Below are positions 11,601 through 23,600 of a DNA stretch of 64,000 nt, one piece after another (the stretch's first letter is position 1; every line of letters starts with the position of its first letter). Location of the stretch: NCBI RefSeq assembly GCF_009914755.1, contig NC_060931.1; one strand, 5' to 3'. Origin of the DNA: the human T2T-CHM13v2.0 reference genome, Homo sapiens. The notes under the pieces are model-generated. The model saw only the letters and a list, made by a program, of their open reading frames with translations. It made no database searches and was not told where the DNA came from. A program made the translations under genes and the position numbers.

Positions 11601-14600
11601 CTCTTGCTGTGGCATTTTCAGGTGGAGATTTCAAGCGATTTGAGGACAATTGCAGAAAAGGAAATATCTTCGTATAATAACCAGACAGAATCATTCTCAG
11701 AAAGTGCTTTGTGATGTGTGCGTTCAACTCACAGAGTTTAACCTTTCTTTTCATAGAGGAGTTTGGAAACACACTGTTTGTAAAGTCTGCAAGTGGATAT
11801 ATGGACCTGTTTGAGGCCTTCGTTGGAAACGGGATTTCTTCATTGAATGCTAGACGGAAGAATTCTCAGTAAATTCTTTGTGTTGTGTGCATTCAACTCA
11901 CAGAGTGGAACGTCCCTTTAGACAGAGCAGATTTGAAACACTCTTTTTGCGGAATTTGCAAGTGGAGATTTCTAGCCATTTGATGCCAACAGTAGAAAGG
12001 GAAATATCTTCAAATAAAAACCAGACAGAATCATTCTCAGAAAATTCTTTGTGATGTGTGCGTTCAACTCACATAGTTTAACCTTTCTTTTCATAGAGCA
12101 GTTTGGAAACACTCTGTTTGTAAAGTCTGCAAGTGGATATATGGACCGCATTGAGGCCTTCGTTGGAAACGGGATTTCTTCATTTCATGCTAGACAGAAG
12201 AATTCTCAGTAACTTCTTTGTGCTGTGTGTATTCAACTCACAGAGTGGAACGTCCCTTTGCACAGAGCAGATTTGAAACACTATTTTTGTGGAGTTTGCA
12301 AGTGGAGATTTCAAGCGATTTGATGCCAACAGTAGAAAAGGAAATATCTTCAAATAAAAACTAGACAGAATCATTCTCAGAAACTACTTTGTGATGTGTG
12401 CCTTCAACTCACAGAGTTTAACCTTTCTTTTCTTAGAGCAGTTTAGAAACACTCTGCTTGTTAGGTCTGCAAGTGGATATTTGGACCTCTTTGAGGCCTT
12501 CGTTGCAAACGGGGTTTCTTCCTTTCATGCTAGACTAAGAAGAGTTCTCAGTAACTTTTTTGTGTTGTGTGTATTCAACTCACAGAGTTGAACCCTGCTT
12601 TAGAGAGAGCAGATTTGAAACACTCTTGCTGTGGCATTTTCAGGTGGAGATTTCAAGCGATTTGAGGACAATTGCAGAAAAGGAAATATCTTCGTATAAT
12701 AACCAGACAGAATCATTCTCAGAAAGTGCTTTGTGATGTGTGCGTTCAACTCACAGAGTTTAACCTTTCTTTTCATAGAGGAGTTTGGAAACACACTGTT
12801 TGTAAAGTCTGCAAGTGGATATATGGACCTGTTTGAGGCCTTCGTTGGAAACGGGATTTCTTCATTGAATGCTAGACGGAAGAATTCTCAGTAAATTCTT
12901 TGTGTTGTGTGCATTCAACTCACAGAGTGGAACGTCCCTTTAGACAGAGCAGATTTGAAACACTCTTTTTGCGGAATTTGCAAGTGGAGATTTCTAGCCA
13001 TTTGATGCCAACAGTAGAAAGGGAAATATCTTCAAATAAAAACCAGACAGAATCATTCTCAGAAAATTCTTTGTGATGTGTGCGTTCAACTCACATAGTT
13101 TAACCTTTCTTTTCATAGAGCAGTTTGGAAACACTCTGTTTGTAAAGTCTGCAAGTGGATATATGGACCGCATTGAGGCCTTCGTTGGAAACGGGATTTC
13201 TTCATTTCATGCTAGACAGAAGAATTCTCAGTAACTTCTTTGTGCTGTGTGTATTCAACTCACAGAGTGGAACGTCCCTTTGCACAGAGCAGATTTGAAA
13301 CACTCTTTTTGTGGAGTTTGCAAGTGGAGATTTCAAGCGATTTGATGCCAACAGTAGAAAAGGAAATATCTTCAAATAAAAACTAGACAGAATCATTCTC
13401 AGAAACTACTTTGTGATGTGTGCCTTCAACTCACAGAGTTTAACCTTTCTTTTCTTAGAGCAGTTTAGAAACACTCTGCTTGTTATGTCTGCAAGTGGAT
13501 ATTTGGACCTCTTTGAGGCCTTCGTTGCAAACGTGGTTTCTTCCTTTCATGCTAGACTAAGAAGAGTTCTCAGTAACTTTTTTGTGTTGTGTGTATTCAA
13601 CTCACAGAGTTGAACCTTGCTTTAGAGAGAGCAGATTTGAAACACTCTTGCTGTGGCATTTTCAGGTGGAGATTTCAAGCGATTTGAGGACAATTGCAGA
13701 AAAGGAAATATCTTCGTATAATAACCAGACAGAATCATTCTCAGAAAGTGCTTTGTGATGTGTGCGTTCAACTCACAGAGTTTAACCTTTCTTTTCATAG
13801 AGGAGTTTGGAAACACACTGTTTGTAAAGTCTGCAAGTGGATATATGGACCTGTTTGAGGCCTTCGTTGGAAACGGGATTTCTTCATTGAATGCTAGACG
13901 GAAGAATTCTCAGTAAATTCTTTGTGTTGTGTGCATTCAACTCACAGAGTGGAACGTCCCTTTAGACAGAGCAGATTTGAAACACTCTTTTTGCGGAATT
14001 TGCAAGTGGAGATTTCTAGCCATTTGATGCCAACAGTAGAAAGGGAAATATCTTCAAATAAAAACCAGACAGAATCATTCTCAGAAAATTCTTTGTGATG
14101 TGTGCGTTCAACTCACATAGTTTAACCTTTCTTTTCATAGAGCAGTTTGGAAACACTCTGTTTGTAAAGTCTGCAAGTGGATATATGGACCGCATTGAGG
14201 CCTTCGTTGGAAACGGGATTTCTTCATTTCATGCTAGACAGAAGAATTCTCAGTAACTTCTTTGTGCTGTGTGTATTCAACTCACAGAGTGGAACGTCCC
14301 TTTGCACAGAGCAGATTTGAAACACTCTTTTTGTGGAGTTTGCAAGTGGAGATTTCAAGCGATTTGATGCCAACAGTAGAAAAGGAAATATCTTCAAATA
14401 GAAACTAGACAGAATCATTCTCAGAAACTACTTTGTGATGTGTGCCTTCAACTCACAGAGTTTAACCTTTCTTTTCTTAGAGCAGTTTAGAAACACTCTG
14501 CTTGTTAGGTCTGCAAGTGGATATTTGGACCTCTTTGAGGCCTTCGTTGCAAACGGGGTTTCTTCCTTTCATGCTAGACTAAGAAGAGTTCTCAGTAACT

Positions 14601-17600
14601 TTTTTGTGTTGTGTGTATTCAACTCACAGAGTTGAACCCTGCTTTAGAGAGAGCAGATTTGAAACACTCTTGCTGTGGCATTTTCAGGTGGAGATTTCAA
14701 GCGATTTGAGGACAATTGCAGAAAAGGAAATATCTTCGTATAATAACCAGACAGAATCATTCTCAGAAAGTGCTTTGTGATGTGTGCGTTCAACTCACAG
14801 AGTTTAACCTTTCTTTTCATAGAGGAGTTTGGAAACACACTGTTTGTAAAGTCTGCAAGTGGATATATGGACCTGTTTGAGGCCTTCGTTGGAAACGGGA
14901 TTTCTTCGTTGAATGCTAGACGGAAGAATTCTCAGTAAATTCTTTGTGTTGTGTGCATTCAACTCACAGAGTGGAACGTCCCTTTAGACAGAGCAGATTT
15001 GAAACACTCTTTTTGCGGAATTTGCAAGTGGAGATTTCTAGCCATTTGATGCCAACAGTAGAAAGGGAAATATCTTCAAATAAAAACCAGACAGAATCAT
15101 TCTCAGAAAATTCTTTGTGATGTGTGCGTTCAACTCACATAGTTTAACCTTTCTTTTCATAGAGCAGTTTGGAAACACTCTGTTTGTAAAGTCTGCAAGT
15201 GGATATATGGACCGCATTGAGGCCTTCGTTGGAAACGGGATTTCTTCATTTCATGCTAGACAGAAGAATTCTCAGTAACTTCTTTGTGCTGTGTGTATTC
15301 AACTCACAGAGTGGAACGTCCCTTTGCACAGAGCAGATTTGAAACACTCTTTTTGTGGAGTTTGCAAGTGGAGATTTCAAGCGATTTGATGCCAACAGTA
15401 GAAAAGGAAATATCTTCAAATAAAAACTAGACAGAATCATTCTCAGAAACTACTTTGTGATGTGTGCCTTCAACTCACAGAGTTTAACCTTTCTTTTCTT
15501 AGAGCAGTTTAGAAACACTCTGCTTGTTAGGTCTGCAAGTGGATATTTGGACCTCTTTGAGGCCTTCGTTGCAAACGGGGTTTCTTCCTTTCATGCTAGA
15601 CTAAGAAGAGTTCTCAGTAACTTTTTTGTGTTGTGTGTATTCAACTCACAGAGTTGAACCCTGCTTTAGAGAGAGCAGATTTGAAACACTCTTGCTGTGG
15701 CATTTTCAGGTGGAGATTTCAAGCGATTTGAGGATAATTGCAGAAAAGGAAATATCTTCGTATAATAACCAGACAGAATCATTCTCAGAAAGTGCTTTGT
15801 GATGTGTGCGTTCAACTCACAGAGTTTAACCTTTCTTTTCATAGAGGAGTTTGGAAACACACTGTTTGTAAAGTCTGCAAGTGGATATATGGACCTGTTT
15901 GAGGCCTTCGTTGGAAACGGGATTTCTTCATTGAATGCTAGACGGAAGAATTCTCAGTAAATTCTTTGTGTTGTGTGCATTCAACTCACAGAGTGGAACG
16001 TCCCTTTAGACAGAGCAGATTTGAAACACTCTTTTTGCGGAATTTGCAAGTGGAGATTTCTAGCCATTTGATGCCAACAGTAGAAAGGGAAATATCTTCA
16101 AATAAAAACCAGACAGAATCATTCTCAGAAAATTCTTTGTGATGTGTGCGTTCAACTCACATAGTTTAACCTTTCTTTTCATAGAGCAGTTTGGAAACAC
16201 TCTGTTTGTAAAGTCTGCAAGTGGATATATGGACCGCATTGAGGCCTTCGTTGGAAACGGGATTTCTTCATTTCATGCTAGACAGAAGAATTCTCAGTAA
16301 CTTCTTTGTGCTGTGTGTATTCAACTCACAGAGTGGAACGTCCCTTTGCACAGAGCAGATTTGAAACACTCTTTTTGTGGAGTTTGCAAGTGGAGATTTC
16401 AAGCGATTTGATGCCAACAGTAGAAAAGGAAATATCTTCAAATAGAAACTAGACAGAATCATTCTCAGAAACTACTTTGTGATGTGTGCCTTCAACTCAC
16501 AGAGTTTAACCTTTCTTTTCTTAGAGCAGTTTAGAAACACTCTGCTTGTTAGGTCTGCAAGTGGATATTTGGACCTCTTTGAGGCCTTCGTTGCAAACGG
16601 GGTTTCTTCCTTTCATGCTAGACTAAGAAGAGTTCTCAGTAACTTTTTTGTGTTGTGTGTATTCAACTCACAGAGTTGAACCCTGCTTTAGAGAGAGCAG
16701 ATTTGAAACACTCTTGCTGTGGCATTTTCAGGTGGAGATTTCAAGCGATTTGAGGACAATTGCAGAAAAGGAAATATCTTCGTATAATAACCAGACAGAA
16801 TCATTCTCAGAAAGTGCTTTGTGATGTGTGCGTTCAACTCACAGAGTTTAACCTTTCTTTTCATAGAGGAGTTTGGAAACACACTGTTTGTAAAGTCTGC
16901 AAGTGGATATATGGACCTGTTTGAGGCCTTCGTTGGAAACGGGATTTCTTCGTTGAATGCTAGACGGAAGAATTCTCAGTAAATTCTTTGTGTTGTGTGC
17001 ATTCAACTCACAGAGTGGAACGTCCCTTTAGACAGAGCAGATTTGAAACACTCTTTTTGCGGAATTTGCAAGTGGAGATTTCTAGCCATTTGATGCCAAC
17101 AGTAGAAAGGGAAATATCTTCAAATAAAAACCAGACAGAATCATTCTCAGAAAATTCTTTGTGATGTGTGCGTTCAACTCACATAGTTTAACCTTTCTTT
17201 TCATAGAGCAGTTTGGAAACACTCTGTTTGTAAAGTCTGCAAGTGGATATATGGACCGCATTGAGGCCTTCGTTGGAAACGGGATTTCTTCATTTCATGC
17301 TAGACAGAAGAATTCTCAGTAACTTCTTTGTGCTGTGTGTATTCAACTCACAGAGTGGAACGTCCCTTTGCACAGAGCAGATTTGAAACACTCTTTTTGT
17401 GGAGTTTGCAAGTGGAGATTTCAAGCGATTTGATGCCAACAGTAGAAAAGGAAATATCTTCAAATAAAAACTAGACAGAATCATTCTCAGAAACTACTTT
17501 GTGATGTGTGCCTTCAACTCACAGAGTTTAACCTTTCTTTTCTTAGAGCAGTTTAGAAACACTCTGCTTGTTAGGTCTGCAAGTGGATATTTGGACCTCT

Positions 17601-20600
17601 TTGAGGCCTTCGTTGCAAACGGGGTTTCTTCCTTTCATGCTAGACTAAGAAGAGTTCTCAGTAACTTTTTTGTGTTGTGTGTATTCAACTCACAGAGTTG
17701 AACCCTGCTTTAGAGAGAGCAGATTTGAAACACTCTTGCTGTGGCATTTTCAGGTGGAGATTTCAAGCGATTTGAGGATAATTGCAGAAAAGGAAATATC
17801 TTCGTATAATAACCAGACAGAATCATTCTCAGAAAGTGCTTTGTGATGTGTGCGTTCAACTCACAGAGTTTAACCTTTCTTTTCATAGAGGAGTTTGGAA
17901 ACACACTGTTTGTAAAGTCTGCAAGTGGATATATGGACCTGTTTGAGGCCTTCGTTGGAAACGGGATTTCTTCATTGAATGCTAGACGGAAGAATTCTCA
18001 GTAAATTCTTTGTGTTGTGTGCATTCAACTCACAGAGTGGAACGTCCCTTTAGACAGAGCAGATTTGAAACACTCTTTTTGCGGAATTTGCAAGTGGAGA
18101 TTTCTAGCCATTTGATGCCAACAGTAGAAAGGGAAATATCTTCAAACAAAAACCAGACAGAATCATTCTCAGAAAATTCTTTGTGATGTGTGCGTTCAAC
18201 TCACATAGTTTAACCTTTCTTTTCATAGAGCAGTTTGGAAACACTCTGTTTGTAAAGTCTGCAAGTGGATATATGGACCGCATTGAGGCCTTCGTTGGAA
18301 ACGGGATTTCTTCATTTCATGCTAGACAGAAGAATTCTCAGTAACTTCTTTGTGCTGTGTGTATTCAACTCACAGAGTGGAACGTCCCTTTGCACAGAGC
18401 AGATTTGAAACACTCTTTTTGTGGAGTTTGCAAGTGGAGATTTCAAGCGATTTGATGCCAACAGTAGAAAAGGAAATATCTTCAAATAAAAACTAGACAG
18501 AATCATTCTCAGAAACTACTTTGTGATGTGTGCCTTCAACTCACAGAGTTTAACCTTTCTTTTCTTAGAGCAGTTTAGAAACACTCTGCTTGTTATGTCT
18601 GCAAGTGGATATTTGGACCTCTTTGAGGCCTTCGTTGCAAACGGGGTTTCTTCCTTTCATGCTAGACTAAGAAGAGTTCTCAGTAACTTTTTTGTGTTGT
18701 GTGTATTCAACTCACAGAGTTGAACCCTGCTTTAGAGAGAGCAGATTTGAAACACTCTTGCTGTGGCATTTTCAGGTGGAGATTTCAAGCGATTTGAGGA
18801 CAATTGCAGAAAAGGAAATATCTTCGTATAATAACCAGACAGAATCATTCTCAGAAAGTGCTTTGTGATGTGTGCGTTCAACTCACAGAGTTTAACCTTT
18901 CTTTTCATAGAGGAGTTTGGAAACACACTGTTTGTAAAGTCTGCAAGTGGATATATGGACCTGTTTGAGGCCTTCGTTGGAAACGGGATTTCTTCATTGA
19001 ATGCTAGACGGAAGAATTCTCAGTAAATTCTTTGTGTTGTGTGCATTCAACTCACAGAGTGGAACGTCCCTTTAGACAGAGCAGATTTGAAACACTCTTT
19101 TTGCGGAATTTGCAAGTGGAGATTTCTAGCCATTTGATGCCAACAGTAGAAAGGGAAATATCTTCAAATAAAAACCAGACAGAATCATTCTCAGAAAATT
19201 CTTTGTGATGTGTGCGTTCAACTCACATAGTTTAACCTTTCTTTTCATAGAGCAGTTTGGAAACACTCTGTTTGTAAAGTCTGCAAGTGGATATATGGAC
19301 CGCATTGAGGCCTTCGTTGGAAACGGGATTTCTTCATTTCATGCTAGACAGAAGAATTCTCAGTAACTTCTTTGTGCTGTGTGTATTCAACTCACAGAGT
19401 GGAACGTCCCTTTGCACAGAGCAGATTTGAAACACTCTTTTTGTGGAGTTTGCAAGTGGAGATTTCAAGCGATTTGATGCCAACAGTAGAAAAGGAAATA
19501 TCTTCAAATAAAAACTAGACAGAATCATTCTCAGAAACTACTTTGTGATGTGTGCCTTCAACTCACAGAGTTTAACCTTTCTTTTCTTAGAGCAGTTTAG
19601 AAACACTCTGCTTGTTAGGTCTGCAAGTGGATATTTGGAATTCTTTGAGGCCTTCATTGCAAACGGGGTTTCTTCCTTTCATGCTAGACTAAGAAGAGTT
19701 CTCAGTAACTTTTTTGTGTTGTGTGTATTCAACTCACAGAGTTGAACCCTGCTTTAGAGAGAGCAGATTTGAAACACTCTTGCTGTGGCATTTTCAGGTG
19801 GAGATTTCAAGCGATTTGAAGACAATTGCAGAAAAGGAAATATCTTCGTATAATAACCAGACAGAATCATTCTCAGAAAGTGCTTTGTGATGTGTGCGTT
19901 CAACTCACAGAGTTTAACCTTTCTTTTCATAGAGGAGTTTGGAAACACACTGTTGGTAAAGTCTGCAAGTGGATATATGGACCTGTTTGAGGCCTTCGTT
20001 GGAAACGGGATTTCTTCATTGAATGCTAGACGGAAGAATTCTCAGTAAATTCTTTGTGTTGTGTGCATTCAACTCACAGAGTGGAACGTCCCTTTAGACA
20101 GAGCAGATTTGAAACACTCTTTTTGCGGAATTTGCAAGTGGAGATTTCTAGCCATTTGATGCCAACAGTAGAAAGGGAAATATCTTCAAACAAAAACCAG
20201 ACAGAATCATTCTCAGAAAATTCTTTGTGATGTGTGCGTTCAACTCACATAGTTTAACCTTTCTTTTCATAGAGCAGTTTGGAAACACTCTGTTTGTAAA
20301 GTCTGCAAGTGGATATATGGACCGCATTGAGGCCTTCGTTGGAAACGGGATTTCTTCATTTCATGCTAGACAGAAGAATTCTCAGTAACTTCTTTGTGCT
20401 GTGTGTATTCAACTCACAGAGTGGAACGTCCCTTTGCACAGAGCAGATTTGAAACACTCTTTTTGTGGAGTTTGCAAGTGGAGATTTCAAGCGATTTGAT
20501 GCCAACAGTAGAAAAGGAAATATCTTCAAATAAAAACTAGACAGAATCATTCTCAGAAACTACTTTGTGATGTGTGCCTTCAACTCACAGAGTTTAACCT

Positions 20601-23600
20601 TTCTTTTCTTAGAGCAGTTTAGAAACACTCTGCTTGTTATGTCTGCAAGTGGATATTTGGACCTCTTTGAGGCCTTCGTTGCAAACGGGGTTTCTTCCTT
20701 TCATGCTAGACTAAGAAGAGTTCTCAGTAACTTTTTTGTGTTGTGTGTATTCAACTCACAGAGTTGAACCCTGCTTTAGAGAGAGCAGATTTGAAACACT
20801 CTTGCTGTGGCATTTTCAGGTGGAGATTTCAAGCGATTTGAGGACAATTGCAGAAAAGGAAATATCTTCGTATAATAACCAGACAGAATCATTCTCAGAA
20901 AGTGCTTTGTGATGTGTGCGTTCAACTCACAGAGTTTAACCTTTCTTTTCATAGAGGAGTTTGGAAACACACTGTTTGTAAAGTCTGCAAGTGGATATAT
21001 GGACCTGTTTGAGGCCTTCGTTGGAAACGGGATTTCTTCATTGAATGCTAGACGGAAGAATTCTCAGTAAATTCTTTGTGTTGTGTGCATTCAACTCACA
21101 GAGTGGAACGTCCCTTTAGACAGAGCAGATTTGAAACACTCTTTTTGCGGAATTTGCAAGTGGAGATTTCTAGCCATTTGATGCCAACAGTAGAAAGGGA
21201 AATATCTTCAAATAAAAACCAGACAGAATCATTCTCAGAAAATTCTTTGTGATGTGTGCGTTCAACTCACATAGTTTAACCTTTCTTTTCATAGAGCAGT
21301 TTGGAAACACTCTGTTTGTAAAGTCTGCAAGTGGATATATGGACCGCATTGAGGCCTTCGTTGGAAACGGGATTTCTTCATTTCATGCTAGACAGAAGAA
21401 TTCTCAGTAACTTCTTTGTGCTGTGTGTATTCAACTCACAGAGTGGAACGTCCCTTTGCACAGAGCAGATTTGAAACACTCTTTTTGTGGAGTTTGCAAG
21501 TGGAGATTTCAAGCGATTTGATGCCAACAGTAGAAAAGGAAATATCTTCAAATAAAAACTAGACAGAATCATTCTCAGAAACTACTTTGTGATGTGTGCC
21601 TTCAACTCACAGAGTTTAACCTTTCTTTTCTTAGAGCAGTTTAGAAACACTCTGCTTGTTATGTCTGCAAGTGGATATTTGGACCTCTTTGAGGCCTTCG
21701 TTGCAAACGGGGTTTCTTCCTTTCATGCTAGACTAAGAAGAGTTCTCAGTAACTTTTTTGTGTTGTGTGTATTCAACTCACAGAGTTGAACCCTGCTTTA
21801 GAGAGAGCAGATTTGAAACACTCTTGCTGTGGCATTTTCAGGTGGAGATTTCAAGCGATTTGAGGACAATTGCAGAAAAGGAAATATCTTCGTATAATAA
21901 CCAGACAGAATCATTCTCAGAAAGTGCTTTGTGATGTGTGCGTTCAACTCACAGAGTTTAACCTTTCTTTTCATAGAGGAGTTTGGAAGCACACTGTTTG
22001 TAAAGTCTGCAAGTGGATATATGGACCTGTTCGAGGCCTTCGTTGGAAACGGGATTTCTTCGTTGAATGCTAGACGGAAGAATTCTCAGTAAATTCTTTG
22101 TGTTGTGTGCATTCAACTCACAGAGTGGAACGTCCCTTTAGACAGAGCAGATTTGAAACACTCTTTTTGCGGAATTTGCAAGTGGAGATTTCTAGCCATT
22201 TGATGCCAACAGTAGAAAGGGAAATATCTTCAAATAAAAACCAGACAGAATCATTCTCAGAAAATTCTTTGTGATGTGTGCGTTCAACTCACATAGTTTA
22301 ACCTTTCTTTTCATAGAGCAGTTTGGAAACACTCTGTTTGTAAAGTCTGCAAGTGGATATATGGACCGCATTGAGGCCTTCGTTGGAAACGGGATTTCTT
22401 CATTTCATGCTAGACAGAAGAATTCTCAGTAACTTCTTTGTGCTGTGTGTATTCAACTCACAGAGTGGAACGTCCCTTTGCACAGAGCAGATTTGAAACA
22501 CTCTTTTTGTGGAGTTTGCAAGTGGAGATTTCAAGCGATTTGATGCCAACAGTAGAAAAGGAAATATCTTCAAATAAAAACTAGACAGAATCATTCTCAG
22601 AAACTACTTTGTGATGTGTGCCTTCAACTCACAGAGTTTAACCTTTCTTTTCTTAGAGCAGTTTAGAAACACTCTGCTTGTTATGTCTGCAAGTGGATAT
22701 TTGGACCTCTTTGAGGCCTTCGTTGCAAACGGGGTTTCTTCCTTTCATGCTAGACTAAGAAGAGTTCTCAGTAACTTTTTTGTGTTGTGTGTATTCAACT
22801 CACAGAGTTGAACCTTGCTTTAGAGAGAGCAGATTTGAAACACTCTTGCTGTGGCATTTTCAGGTGGAGATTTCAAGCGATTTGAGGACAATTGCAGAAA
22901 AGGAAATATCTTCGTATAATAACCAGACAGAATCATTCTCAGAAAGTGCTTTGTGATGTGTGCGTTCAACTCACAGAGTTTAACCTTTCTTTTCATAGAG
23001 GAGTTTGGAAACACACTGTTTGTAAAGTCTGCAAGTGGATATATGGACCTGTTTGAGGCCTTCGTTGGAAACGGGATTTCTTCATTGAATGCTAGACGGA
23101 AGAATTCTCAGTAAATTCTTTGTGTTGTGTGCATTCAACTCACAGAGTGGAACGTCCCTTTAGACAGAGCAGATTTGAAACACTCTTTTTGCGGAATTTG
23201 CAAGTGGAGATTTCTAGCCATTTGATGCCAACAGTAGAAAGGGAAATATCTTCAAATAAAAACCAGACAGAATCATTCTCAGAAAATTCTTTGTGATGTG
23301 TGCGTTCAACTCACATAGTTTAACCTTTCTTTTCATAGAGCAGTTTGGAAACACTCTGTTTGTAAAGTCTGCAAGTGGATATATGGACCGCATTGAGGCC
23401 TTCGTTGGAAACGAGATTTCTTCATTTCATGCTAGACAGAAGAATTCTCAGTAACTTCTTTGTGCTGTGTGTATTCAACTCACAGAGTGGAACGTCCCTT
23501 TACACAGAGCAGATTTGAAACACTCTTTTTGTGGAGTTTGCAAGTGGAGATTTCAAGCGATTTGATGCCAACAGTAGAAAAGGAAATATCTTCAAATAAA

